Shown here: positions 17,823-27,062 of the stretch, piece by piece
How the letters are laid out: each line of letters starts with the position of its first letter
Position numbering within the stretch: position 1 is the first letter of the stretch
IMG/VR virus record: IMGVR_UViG_3300012933_000323
Coordinates: 62,432 to 126,431 of that record
Strand: one strand, 5' to 3'
Length of the DNA: 64,000 nt
DNA from: a virus
Lineage: Duplodnaviria > Heunggongvirae > Uroviricota > Caudoviricetes
The notes under the pieces: generated by a model
What the model was told of the DNA's origin: nothing
The model's input: the letters and a program-made list of their open reading frames with translations, nothing else
Databases searched by the model: none
Made by a program: the position numbers and the translations under genes

Positions 17823-18038
17823 TTAAACTTCCATTGGTTGCAATGGAACTTCACCACGGTCAAGATATCCACGATCTATCTGACGCTGTAGTTCTTCTTT
17901 ACCTTCATAGATAAACGCATATTTTCCACCGTCAGTTCCATCAAACGCAAGCATGCGTGCTGCACGGTAATCATCGGCCATAATGACTGTGTAACAACCA
18001 ATAAGATTGTTACCATAAGTGATGAAAAAGAATTCCAT
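17823..18038 (-). CDS. hypothetical protein
   Basis: 71-aa ORF with an early-type promoter (TGTTATAAT) at about 18066. Confidence 0.4.
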   Translation of the reverse strand: MEFFFITYGNNLIGCYTVIMADDYRAARMLAFDGTDGGKYAFIYEGKEELQRQIDRGYLDRGEVPLQPMEV

Positions 18039-18086
18039 GTTAACCTTTCAATTTATTTATCTATGTAAATTATAACACACTGCGAT

Positions 18087-18347
18087 TTAACTAAAGTTGT
18101 AGATACCCATTGCATTAATGACACCAAAAATGATATTCATGATTAGCAAGTTCATCTGTTTTGTACGAGCGGCATAGATGATCCACGCTGTAGAACTGGA
18201 GAAGAATAGTAAGTACCCAAAAAGAAAAAGGCCAGCGTTAGAGGCAACCATAAAGGCACCAATAACACCAGCCATAAGTCCTAATGAGCTTAGAACTTTA
18301 TTAAGCATTTTACGCTCGGAATGGAAGTTTAGCCAAGAGGTATGCAC
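18087..18347 (-). CDS. small multi-pass membrane protein
   Basis: 86-aa ORF with three hydrophobic segments. Confidence 0.4.
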   Translation of the reverse strand: MHTSWLNFHSERKMLNKVLSSLGLMAGVIGAFMVASNAGLFLFGYLLFFSSSTAWIIYAARTKQMNLLIMNIIFGVINAMGIYNFS

Positions 18348-18591
18348 CCTTTTCTGTTACTTCATAAGTACTATTGAACTTGTTGTATTTCAAAATACCG
18401 TGATCCATCCAACCACGCATGTAGCAAGAGTAGTATCCACGGAGTGATTGGCGTGAACCAACTTTACCAAGAACTTTAGTAACCAACTCGTACTTTGATA
18501 CTGTACCGTGATCAACGATGTATTTCAACATCTTGTGACCTTTGGAACCTAGCTTAATACGTGAGCCATCTGCATTATACATTGAGTACAT
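18310..18591 (-). CDS. hypothetical protein
   Basis: 93-aa ORF. Confidence 0.4.
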   Translation of the reverse strand: MYSMYNADGSRIKLGSKGHKMLKYIVDHGTVSKYELVTKVLGKVGSRQSLRGYYSCYMRGWMDHGILKYNKFNSTYEVTEKGAYLLAKLPFRA

Positions 18592-18636
18592 CTGTCTTTC
18601 CTTTCAATTTAAAAATTAAATTATAACAAAAGTTAA

Positions 18637-18825
18637 TTAATTTTTCTTGATTCCGATAAAATATTTCAGACGCTTTGAAACTTCCTTAGCAACTTTAAGA
18701 TAACCGTAGGATTGATTGTAAACAAATGGTTTACCATCCTTCAGTCCTTTGACCTGAACGGTCTTTTCATTTGTTTCAACAGATTCAATAACATCAAACA
18801 GATTAACGATATCCAAGTAGTACAT
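18637..18825 (-). CDS. hypothetical protein
   Basis: 62-aa ORF. Confidence 0.35.
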   Translation of the reverse strand: MYYLDIVNLFDVIESVETNEKTVQVKGLKDGKPFVYNQSYGYLKVAKEVSKRLKYFIGIKKN

Positions 18826-18895
18826 GATGGTTCCTTTGTTTTGTTAGATTAATTATAACATAAAAACTTAACATGTACAACTTTTTTTCACTTTT

Positions 18896-19141
18896 TTAGA
18901 AAAATCTTTTCTTGCTGGTAACTTGACCTTCGCCAAGTACCATGCCAATGATCAAGGAACCAATGCCAGTGCCAATCATTTTTAACCACAAGACAAAGGC
19001 TCCCCATGCTGCCATTGCTAGATCTGTATTGAAGGCCCAATCATAAAGACCGGAACCCAGAGCTGTAATGTTTGCTGCAATGATCAAAAAGAAACCGATG
19101 ATTACAAGAATGTACCCGATCATCAATTTTAAATCTCTCAT
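18896..19141 (-). CDS. small membrane protein (holin-like topology)
   Basis: 81-aa ORF with two to three transmembrane segments and a charged C terminus KKRFF. Confidence 0.35.
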   Translation of the reverse strand: MRDLKLMIGYILVIIGFFLIIAANITALGSGLYDWAFNTDLAMAAWGAFVLWLKMIGTGIGSLIIGMVLGEGQVTSKKRFF

Positions 19142-19142
19142 A

Positions 19143-19562
19143 TTAGTCCTTTAAAAAGTTAGATGGCACCAACGTATCCAAAGCATAACGTTCAAAATAT
19201 TGATTGCCTGCATTACCTTGCTTTTGATCGCAGATTGCTTTATCAGCATCATTCAATTTACCGTAACGAACGAAGTCGCCATCTTTATTCAAACCTTTGC
19301 GAAGTTCAATAACATCAAATGCGCCTTTCAAACAATCTTCGGCATTCATGTTTACGGTCTTAGCCAAGTTGATCAATGTTACGACTGTATCACCGATAGC
19401 ATCAGATACTTCAGCCATGTCGTTGTTGTTCATCGCATCATGAATTTCAACAACTTCTTGTAGTACACGTTGGTACTGACGTTGGAACGATGCTCCACCG
19501 ATACCGCGAATTGCACCCCATTGGCGAACCGCTTCAAATTCTTTTAAAACTTTTTCTGTCAT
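19143..19562 (-). CDS. MazG-like all-alpha NTP pyrophosphohydrolase (dCTPase/gp56-analog candidate)
   Basis: EVVEIHDAM...DAIGDTVVTLINLA matches the MazG EExxE...D metal-binding helices. Confidence 0.55.
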   Translation of the reverse strand: MTEKVLKEFEAVRQWGAIRGIGGASFQRQYQRVLQEVVEIHDAMNNNDMAEVSDAIGDTVVTLINLAKTVNMNAEDCLKGAFDVIELRKGLNKDGDFVRYGKLNDADKAICDQKQGNAGNQYFERYALDTLVPSNFLKD

Positions 19563-19601
19563 ATCTTTCCTTTGTAAAAAATAATTTTAATCTGCAATCA
19601 A

Positions 19602-20042
19602 TTAAATATTATGAATGCTTTCTATAGTAAACACATTGGTATCTGTATCATATGAAATGACAATTACCTTTGTGCTAAAAAACCATTGCCTTGTGGCACT
19701 TTTCCTTCTTCGTAATTTAGAGATTTCTCTATCTGTACCAGATTCTGTCATGGTGTGTTTGCGCCATGTCTTTACTTCTGTTCTTGTGCCACCTGGCGAA
19801 ATTAGATCATGCCATTTTGCATCATCATTCGTATAGTTAAATTGTGACATAAGAATGTACTCGCCAATCTTACCTAGCAAAGTATCTTTCCGTATATCAT
19901 CAAATGTACGAGGTCTACCCGATAGTGAATTATTATCTGCATAATCTGATTCATAAATCGAAGTAGCCTCAAGGTCCGCAGCATCTAATACATATTGCGG
20001 AAGTGCATCCCTATCAACAACAAATTGATCACCAATCACCAT
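19602..20042 (-). CDS. hypothetical protein
   Basis: 146-aa ORF. Confidence 0.4.
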   Translation of the reverse strand: MVIGDQFVVDRDALPQYVLDAADLEATSIYESDYADNNSLSGRPRTFDDIRKDTLLGKIGEYILMSQFNYTNDDAKWHDLISPGGTRTEVKTWRKHTMTESGTDREISKLRRRKSATRQWFFSTKVIVISYDTDTNVFTIESIHNI

Positions 20043-21325
20043 TGCTCCGCTTCAGGCATAGACGGTGTATCTAACCTTTGCTTGATGTTATCCTGCATTA
20101 CGAATGGTGTACTAGAAATTTGAAGCTTGCCATTCAAATATTCTTTGATCTGTGATCCGATAAATGTAGCAGTTTTAACTGGTACGTTTTGAGAAATGTG
20201 GTTCCAATTCTTTTTGGCTTCAATCATCTCAAAGTCATGAGGGTGACCCATTAGATGTAACAGTTCACGAATGTTATATCCTCGTTCTTCAGTAGGATGT
20301 AATGATCTATGAATGTTTTTAGAAATAACAGCATTAACATACTGACCATCATTGGCCAAGTATGTTGTGCTATCCCAGTATCCTAGACCTTGTTCACGCT
20401 TCTTCTTACAATGTCTACAAATTCTTGCGGCTCTTAGGTACTTATCTTTATCAGATGTTTCGCCAAGTTCCTTAGCTTTCTTTTCAAACCATTCAATGGC
20501 AGTATCAAAACCAATGTGGTCCGTTAATTGTAAAGCTGTCCATGTATTCTTACCTGGGCCAATCTTTTGCATGGACTTATAGTAATTTGATTCACCTGAA
20601 TATGCTAAGATAAAGTCATAGAATTGATCTTTAGAATCAATAGCAACTTCTTCATCCCAGTGCGGCATACCTTCACCAACAAATGTCAAATATTCCGGCA
20701 ATGGTGTATATGGAACCAATTGGTAGTTAAATAAACCAGGATTACCGTCACGGTAAAAGTTAATAAATGTCCTCTTACGAGATTGCGGGATACCATGTAG
20801 CAATGTATCAGTACGGAATAATTGTGTGGTGTAACCAGCATCTTTAGCGATTGCTTCCAATCTTTCAACGACTGACTTACCAGCTTTCGTGTATGCAGCT
20901 GGCGCATTCTCAAATGCAACCACCTTAGCACTCATTTTAAAACCAAGCTTAGTTAGCCCGTACATATTTTGGTTTTGGTCGTTATCGGCATCACCCCGTG
21001 CTTTTGAACCAGTTGAACATGCGTTCAATTGACTTAGGCCAGCACAAACAGCTACGTGCATTAATACATCAACACCATCTTCAACAATTTTGTTGAAAAG
21101 TGTCTCGTCTTCGTTGGACTTAAATGTAATATAGTCCGTTTCCATATTAATGACAGGAATGTTAAGTTTCTTGATTTCATTCATGTACTTGATGTAATGA
21201 TTGTCATTACCGAACCCAGCGGTGATGATTGCCTTTGGTGGTGTACCAAAAGCATTTTGAAACCCAATCGGCATGCCACCAATTAGTGGCTGTGCCACAA
21301 CCCATTTAATATTTTTACCAGTCAT
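20036..21325 (-). CDS. DNA C5-cytosine methyltransferase-like protein (divergent) with a 250-aa C-terminal extension
   Basis: Motif I LIGGMPIGF, motif IV VAVCAGLS (PCQ-like with Cys), motif VI FENAPAAY (ENV) and motif VIII GIPQSRKRTFI (QxRxR) occur in canonical order and spacing. Confidence 0.5.
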   Translation of the reverse strand: MTGKNIKWVVAQPLIGGMPIGFQNAFGTPPKAIITAGFGNDNHYIKYMNEIKKLNIPVINMETDYITFKSNEDETLFNKIVEDGVDVLMHVAVCAGLSQLNACSTGSKARGDADNDQNQNMYGLTKLGFKMSAKVVAFENAPAAYTKAGKSVVERLEAIAKDAGYTTQLFRTDTLLHGIPQSRKRTFINFYRDGNPGLFNYQLVPYTPLPEYLTFVGEGMPHWDEEVAIDSKDQFYDFILAYSGESNYYKSMQKIGPGKNTWTALQLTDHIGFDTAIEWFEKKAKELGETSDKDKYLRAARICRHCKKKREQGLGYWDSTTYLANDGQYVNAVISKNIHRSLHPTEERGYNIRELLHLMGHPHDFEMIEAKKNWNHISQNVPVKTATFIGSQIKEYLNGKLQISSTPFVMQDNIKQRLDTPSMPEAEQW

Positions 21326-22541
21326 CTAATCCCTCTTCTTTAATAATTTCTTGAATGGAAAATGCATTTCCATTTTTATTTATGGCTGGCATGGCGGCCT
21401 TGATCGTGTTTGACAATGTTTTACCGTTCAAGTCATCTTCTTTGATACATGATAGACATTCAGCTACAATCTTACCGTATAGTTCTGGATCTGCGTTCAG
21501 CTGAGAAATCTTTTCGCCAAGATCAGATGGTTTGGATAAGCGAATAAAGTCAGGGACATTACAGTGTTTTTGTTCATCATATGTTGGATGAAAGAATGGA
21601 ATGATACCGTTAGAAATCATTTCAACCCACTTCGCAGTAACCCAACCTGGTTTGATTGGAATGATCAACGTGTACTTTACGGATGGCAATTCAGTCTGAA
21701 GATCTTCAAACTTTTTAGGCCCTTTGAATCTTTGATCACTGCCAATTGTTGCCTCGTCCCACTTACCATAAATGGCTACATCCTGCATTGAATCAAGAAC
21801 ATATTCTTTAAGCATCGGGTAACGTGACTTAACTCCGTTATTACCTTCGTTAAGAACCATCATAAAACCAATTGTCTTATTCATGGTTGCTGGAATCTTT
21901 TTATCAATCAGAAAGATTTTTTCCATACCTGCATAAACGGCCGGAATTTTGTTCTTGACATAATTCTGATCAACCCAATTATCGAAAGTTTGCATCTCGA
22001 TGGTTTCAGTGTACTGCGAAAGAATCTTCTTTGGTTGATTCATGCAGTCATTGCCTTGGCCGATGTATCTAGGATCATTCGCAATCATAACCCAAGGGAT
22101 GTTGCTTTCATTTAAGTATTGATATACTGGCGCTACATAATTTGTAAATGTTTCCAATGACTTTGCATATTCTTTCTTGCCAACTTTTAAGTCATTTCGT
22201 TTCCATGATTTGTTTGGAATATTACAATTAGCAACAGGTCCACTAAGCATGAAACATCCATCTACTTGGACATCCTTAAGTCGTTGGACGATATAGTTGA
22301 CGTCTTTACGTTGCTCAGAAGTTGCTCCTTCATAAACATCTCGCAAGTTGGTTGGTAAGTTCATCTCTTTGCGATGCTTATCTACATCATTTCGACCGAT
22401 GATGATAAATGTATCATCTGGGTTTAACTCAGCCATTTTGCGAATAAGTTCAGGTGCTTCGTTGTCGCCACCAATAGCGCCCCAAGTACTTGGGTTAAAT
22501 TTTACAGACTTACCAATCTTACCGCACAAATATGTTGCCAT
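21315..22541 (-). CDS. glycosyltransferase resembling T4 DNA beta-glucosyltransferase (Bgt-like, tentative)
   Basis: LNEGNNGVKSRYPMLKEYVLDSMQDVAIYG aligns with Bgt YGGSFRSGQRESKMVEFLFDTGLNIEFFG, and AKWVEMISNGIIPFF with Bgt RVWETMASDAVMLI. Confidence 0.4.
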   Translation of the reverse strand: MATYLCGKIGKSVKFNPSTWGAIGGDNEAPELIRKMAELNPDDTFIIIGRNDVDKHRKEMNLPTNLRDVYEGATSEQRKDVNYIVQRLKDVQVDGCFMLSGPVANCNIPNKSWKRNDLKVGKKEYAKSLETFTNYVAPVYQYLNESNIPWVMIANDPRYIGQGNDCMNQPKKILSQYTETIEMQTFDNWVDQNYVKNKIPAVYAGMEKIFLIDKKIPATMNKTIGFMMVLNEGNNGVKSRYPMLKEYVLDSMQDVAIYGKWDEATIGSDQRFKGPKKFEDLQTELPSVKYTLIIPIKPGWVTAKWVEMISNGIIPFFHPTYDEQKHCNVPDFIRLSKPSDLGEKISQLNADPELYGKIVAECLSCIKEDDLNGKTLSNTIKAAMPAINKNGNAFSIQEIIKEEGLDDW

Positions 22542-22578
22542 TTTCTATCCTTCAATAATATTTTATTGTACATTTAAT

Positions 22579-23979
22579 TCAGTTAAAAATTTTGTCAATT
22601 TGCATCTGAATCATTTCATCCGAGTTTTCAATATACTCATTAATACGAAGATGTTTCTTTAAATCATTTAAGACATTAATTCTTTCATCGTCATGTTCAT
22701 TATAGAAATTGATGCGTTTCTCAATATCTTCTGCACATCTTACAATAAGCTTAGATTGAATTTCTGCTGGAATCTGTAAACAAGCAGGATCGTATTGGTG
22801 ATCTAATAACGGTAAGATATCTCTATATGTGTACAGAACTGGTCTAAAGTTCAATGAATCATTAATTGATACACACCTAAAGACCATGCCGTACTTGTAT
22901 CTTTGCGTTTTTTCATTTAACTCATGTGGTAGTAAAGAACCTTTAAAGTGCGCATGATTTTTAACACTTTCATATAGATCAATGAAGTTCTCGTTCTCTT
23001 TTAATAATGATTCTTGGTACTCAGCTTTTCCGCCATGACTCTTATTAATGCCGTTTCTTCTTAATGGGATATAGTAAGAACACTTTTGTGATTTAACACC
23101 ATTTAAGAATTCGTCCCATATAAATCTACGTGAACCTTTATCCTGGAAAATTGTACCAGCAAAGAACATGTTATGCGACTTTTCAACTAGTGGTTCGTCC
23201 CAATCATCCAACCCAACAGGTTTGAATTTATTGTCGTAGACGATGTGTTGTAATTGCGCAATGTCCAACTGATTAAAATTTCTAGTGCCCCGCTTATCGT
23301 CGGCAAAATAGAAAAATGTTGATTTGACATTATGTTTATCAAAGTAAGGTGTATAGATGGCTGGGTCAATTGAAAAACCAATTACTTTGCCATTTAACTT
23401 ACCACTACGATTAATAAATTCAATTGCGCGCGTAAACAAGTTATAGTCCTGTGTACTAAATGCAAACGGAGAAACATATTTGTCATAATATTTAATGACC
23501 ATATCGTTCACTTCGTCGATGTCTTTTAGTACTTGTTCATCTGATCCAACATAATCAAAGAATTCGTTCTCAAGGTCACTTAGATATGCGTGAGTTTTTC
23601 TTGATGCATAAGCTGTTAACGGAAGTCTAAAGAAGTCGTCTGTGCCAAGTACAATATAATCAATCTGTGGCAAATCTTTAAAGCTTTCAGCTAGCCAACC
23701 GTCCAAGGTAACTTTGTTCTTTTCCCTATAGTCTGGTCCAGCAACTTTTCTCAACAGCTTTGCAGTTGGCTTGCGGTTAATCTCATAGTAATTATCAGTT
23801 AGTCCACAGCCTGAACCCACTGTGATGATATTGAACTTATCTTTAATATGTTCTTTAATAACGCGCGCTGCACCATAGATATGGGTGTACGCACTTTGGT
23901 CACCCTTATCCATAAAAATTACAGTTTTCTTACTATCATCAATAATAAGTTTCCCTCGTAACTCAAAAATCATTTTCAA
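22579..23979 (-). CDS. hypothetical 466-aa protein (second glycosyltransferase candidate)
   Basis: No motif recognised; the call rests on its position inside the modification operon. Confidence 0.35.
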   Translation of the reverse strand: MKMIFELRGKLIIDDSKKTVIFMDKGDQSAYTHIYGAARVIKEHIKDKFNIITVGSGCGLTDNYYEINRKPTAKLLRKVAGPDYREKNKVTLDGWLAESFKDLPQIDYIVLGTDDFFRLPLTAYASRKTHAYLSDLENEFFDYVGSDEQVLKDIDEVNDMVIKYYDKYVSPFAFSTQDYNLFTRAIEFINRSGKLNGKVIGFSIDPAIYTPYFDKHNVKSTFFYFADDKRGTRNFNQLDIAQLQHIVYDNKFKPVGLDDWDEPLVEKSHNMFFAGTIFQDKGSRRFIWDEFLNGVKSQKCSYYIPLRRNGINKSHGGKAEYQESLLKENENFIDLYESVKNHAHFKGSLLPHELNEKTQRYKYGMVFRCVSINDSLNFRPVLYTYRDILPLLDHQYDPACLQIPAEIQSKLIVRCAEDIEKRINFYNEHDDERINVLNDLKKHLRINEYIENSDEMIQMQIDKIFN

Positions 23980-25498
23980 CCTTTAAATAAATTTCTTTAA
24001 AGATGTTATAGTAAATCTCTTGATTATTTTTATTATGTGAGTGCAATGGTATCATGCTTAGGAATAAGCTTGCACAAATCAATAAAATATACTCTTGTTC
24101 ATCCTTTGAGTAGTATTTATTGAACTTATCTTTAAACAGATTTTTGATGCTGTCTTTGCCTTTGTTATAAAGTTGGTATGTACTTCCATCTTTTACATAA
24201 AGTTCAGCGTCAACAAAATCGTAATCAAACATAATTGAATGGCACATTTTTGCTACTTCATAATAGTGATCACCAAATAATTCACCACGTGGGTCAATCA
24301 TTGTAAGGTTACCGTTGAAGTCATAAAGTAGATTACTAAAACAATAATCGCCATGCATCAATGTTGGCCGAGGGCAAATAGAAGCAATTGCACTTTCAAA
24401 GTCTTCAATGAAATCATTTACTAACTTATTTTCAATTGGAATTTCAATATCTTTCACACGAGACTTCGTCTTGTCAATTACGGTTTTCATAAAACTATTA
24501 TGTTGACCATACGTCTGCATAACACGAAGTTGCTCAAACATTGCTTCAAACAACGTATCCCAGGTTTCTTCTGAAGAATCTAAAAACAAGTAAATTTCGC
24601 GAACCGATGGGGCTTTAACTTTTTCCATCTTATACCATGTACGCGCAGCGAATAAATCTTTTGCAAAAATTCTTGGAGTATGAATCGCAATATCATCTGG
24701 TAAATTCATAAACCAGTTGCACTCTTTAATGATCTTTTCGCGCTCTTTCTCGCTTGACTTAGTAATAAATGGTCCGTCAATTTTAATGTCATTAAATGAT
24801 CTAGAAATCTTAACAGATCTATTCTCCAAGTACTCTTCCAATGTCCCGAAGTCAACCATTGAAAGATTGATAGTACTCATGTAATATTCATCAGCCGTCC
24901 ATTGAAGAGTTGTGCTTAACTGGAATTCACCCGCAATTTTGTATGATGCATCACTTAGTTGTTTAGCCAGCATTTTAAACAATGTCTTTGAACTAACAAA
25001 ATGATACACTCCGCTAACAGACAGGTTAGTATTAGGTCTATCCTGTGGCTTATCCAGGAATTGTTTACAGTAACCGTCAGCATCAGTTTCAACCATACAC
25101 CAACGTGAATAGTCAGGTACTTCCTTAACGGAAATAAAATTTGCATAGAACATGTCACTTGGGATATCATCTTGCACAACTAGATCACCCAAGAGAATAA
25201 GCACATTCTCGTTAACGTCAGTTGGATCCTCTGCTGCCAAGACGGCACCAGCTAATCCATTTCGTTCTTCTTGATGGCAAATAGTGACGTTCTTATTGTA
25301 AAACTTTAGAATGTCTTTTACTGTATCTTCTGCATGATTTAGTACTACACGGATTTCTGTACACCCGTGCTTTTCCAACCACTCAATCTGGTGAATAAGA
25401 ATTGGCTTTTCTTTGTACGGTAAGATTGTCTTACTGTAGTGCTTGCCCAATTCTTTAAATCTAACACCGCGACCGGCGGCTGGAATAATACCTAACAT
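23963..25498 (-). CDS. bifunctional sugar-1-phosphate nucleotidyltransferase (N-term) / APH-choline-kinase-like anomeric kinase (C-term)
   Basis: The N terminus reads MLGIIPAAGRGVRF...LILLGD (RmlA/GlmU/LicC fold). The C terminus carries LMHGDYCFSNLL and MIDPRGE (HGDxxxxN...D kinase motifs, as in LicA/NahK/AmgK). Confidence 0.65.
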   Translation of the reverse strand: MLGIIPAAGRGVRFKELGKHYSKTILPYKEKPILIHQIEWLEKHGCTEIRVVLNHAEDTVKDILKFYNKNVTICHQEERNGLAGAVLAAEDPTDVNENVLILLGDLVVQDDIPSDMFYANFISVKEVPDYSRWCMVETDADGYCKQFLDKPQDRPNTNLSVSGVYHFVSSKTLFKMLAKQLSDASYKIAGEFQLSTTLQWTADEYYMSTINLSMVDFGTLEEYLENRSVKISRSFNDIKIDGPFITKSSEKEREKIIKECNWFMNLPDDIAIHTPRIFAKDLFAARTWYKMEKVKAPSVREIYLFLDSSEETWDTLFEAMFEQLRVMQTYGQHNSFMKTVIDKTKSRVKDIEIPIENKLVNDFIEDFESAIASICPRPTLMHGDYCFSNLLYDFNGNLTMIDPRGELFGDHYYEVAKMCHSIMFDYDFVDAELYVKDGSTYQLYNKGKDSIKNLFKDKFNKYYSKDEQEYILLICASLFLSMIPLHSHNKNNQEIYYNIFKEIYLKVENDF

Positions 25499-25845
25499 TA
25501 TAGTCCTTCTAGTAAATGCAGTTCATCAGGTCGAACCGCCTTATCATCAATGTAAATTATACCGAACGGTTTGTTAAAATCCAAGCGATCATACTTCACA
25601 TTATATTTATGCAACCACGAATTTATGATAGATCGGTATTTCTTATCAGCATCTTGCCTATTTGACGCTGATACATGACCGCGTGCAGTATAGATGTGAA
25701 TTAGATAACCTCTATTATGTAGTTCATTTAGTTTATTTATGAGTTCAACATTTGGTTTACCATCAGCGATATTTGACTTATCATGCGCTGGGTGTAAGCA
25801 CAGTGTATCATCAAAATCTACGATGACGAGCTTATCATAATTCAT
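25498..25845 (-). CDS. small HAD-superfamily phosphatase
   Basis: Motif I VDFDDTL, motif II IYTAR, motif IV IYIDDK. Confidence 0.55.
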   Translation of the reverse strand: MNYDKLVIVDFDDTLCLHPAHDKSNIADGKPNVELINKLNELHNRGYLIHIYTARGHVSASNRQDADKKYRSIINSWLHKYNVKYDRLDFNKPFGIIYIDDKAVRPDELHLLEGL

Positions 25846-26390
25846 TATACTGTCCTATGTAATGATCCAAACATTAGCGTCAACTCAATTGGTTTGGATC
25901 GCAGGTCTTTCATCAGTTCGTCAGTAATTTCGCTGTAGCCTTTAGCTTCACGCATGCGCTCAAGGTGCACGATCAATTCAGTTGGTAATTCAGTAATAAA
26001 TCTAAGATCTGCTGGCAAAGCACCGTCAATATCTGAACTTCGGAAGTACACATTCAAATAAATTTTATCACGAACCAAGATCTGAATAGTACTGATGCAA
26101 TCTGGTGAAACAGCAACTAAACGACGAGTGTCCAAGATATTTACATTGCTGTAGTATTTGATTTCTTGAAGTTTAGAAAACAACTGATGCTTTAGAAAAT
26201 TATGGAAGTGCAGTTCATTTCCACGACGCTCAATCAGCTTATCATTAATGTATTTACTCCAAAGAATGATTCCGTAATCGCTACAATGAACGAAGTTATC
26301 AAATGTTGCTTTGTATGTAACTGCGCATAATTCGCGAGAATCTAAACTATGATCTAAATTCTCATACATTTCTTCAATGATATTATACAT
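25845..26390 (-). CDS. hypothetical 181-aa protein within the hmC modification operon
   Basis: No motif recognised. Confidence 0.4.
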   Translation of the reverse strand: MYNIIEEMYENLDHSLDSRELCAVTYKATFDNFVHCSDYGIILWSKYINDKLIERRGNELHFHNFLKHQLFSKLQEIKYYSNVNILDTRRLVAVSPDCISTIQILVRDKIYLNVYFRSSDIDGALPADLRFITELPTELIVHLERMREAKGYSEITDELMKDLRSKPIELTLMFGSLHRTV

Positions 26391-27054
26391 TCATGTCCTT
26401 TAACATATCAAAGTGGCGTTCATATACATGCAAGTTGGATGCTGTCCAGATTAGATCACCAACTTCTACATTCAATGATTTAGCAAGTTTAGTTTGGATA
26501 TGACGAGCCCACGCATAATCATTATTATAGCCGAAGACGCTATCGTTACTACGCATGATGTAATGAGAAATTAGTTTACCATTACGAATAAAGAATGAGT
26601 TAGCGAATGTACACATGAAGTCATTCATGCCATCTTTATTGAAGTCCGTATGCATTGATGGTCGATTATAAATCATCGTAGCACGGCGAGAGTCTGGGTT
26701 GTTTTTGAGTTCTTGTAATACATGTGAATATTGATATCCATTTTCTGGAGTGTAAACACACCATCCATAATTGGAATTAATCTTTCCTTCTGTAGATGAA
26801 ACCGCTTCCCAAATAGCAGGAGTTTTACCAGGGATATCTCGAACATATAGACTCATGGATTCATACCATGCTAATTCACGTTCGATGTATTCATATGCAG
26901 GTGTACGAACGATATGATCTTCATCAGCAATGAATGTAGCACCAAGAATTTCGATTGTCTTTGCACCAGTTCGGTCAATAGTAAACTCTTGGCTATCGTA
27001 AGCCTGTTTAAACATCTTACGGATGTCTTGTACTTTTAATCCAGTATTAATCAT
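26383..27054 (-). CDS. 42: dCMP hydroxymethylase (T4 gp42 homolog, thymidylate-synthase fold)
   Basis: Near-identity with T4 gp42 blocks: DRTGAKTIEILGATFIADE, NPDSRRATMIYNRPSMHTDFNKDGMNDFMCT, and MRSNDSVFGYNNDYAW, where Asp occupies the cytosine-specificity position (TS has Asn). Confidence 0.85.
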   Translation of the reverse strand: MINTGLKVQDIRKMFKQAYDSQEFTIDRTGAKTIEILGATFIADEDHIVRTPAYEYIERELAWYESMSLYVRDIPGKTPAIWEAVSSTEGKINSNYGWCVYTPENGYQYSHVLQELKNNPDSRRATMIYNRPSMHTDFNKDGMNDFMCTFANSFFIRNGKLISHYIMRSNDSVFGYNNDYAWARHIQTKLAKSLNVEVGDLIWTASNLHVYERHFDMLKDMNV

Positions 27055-27062
27055 GGTATTCC

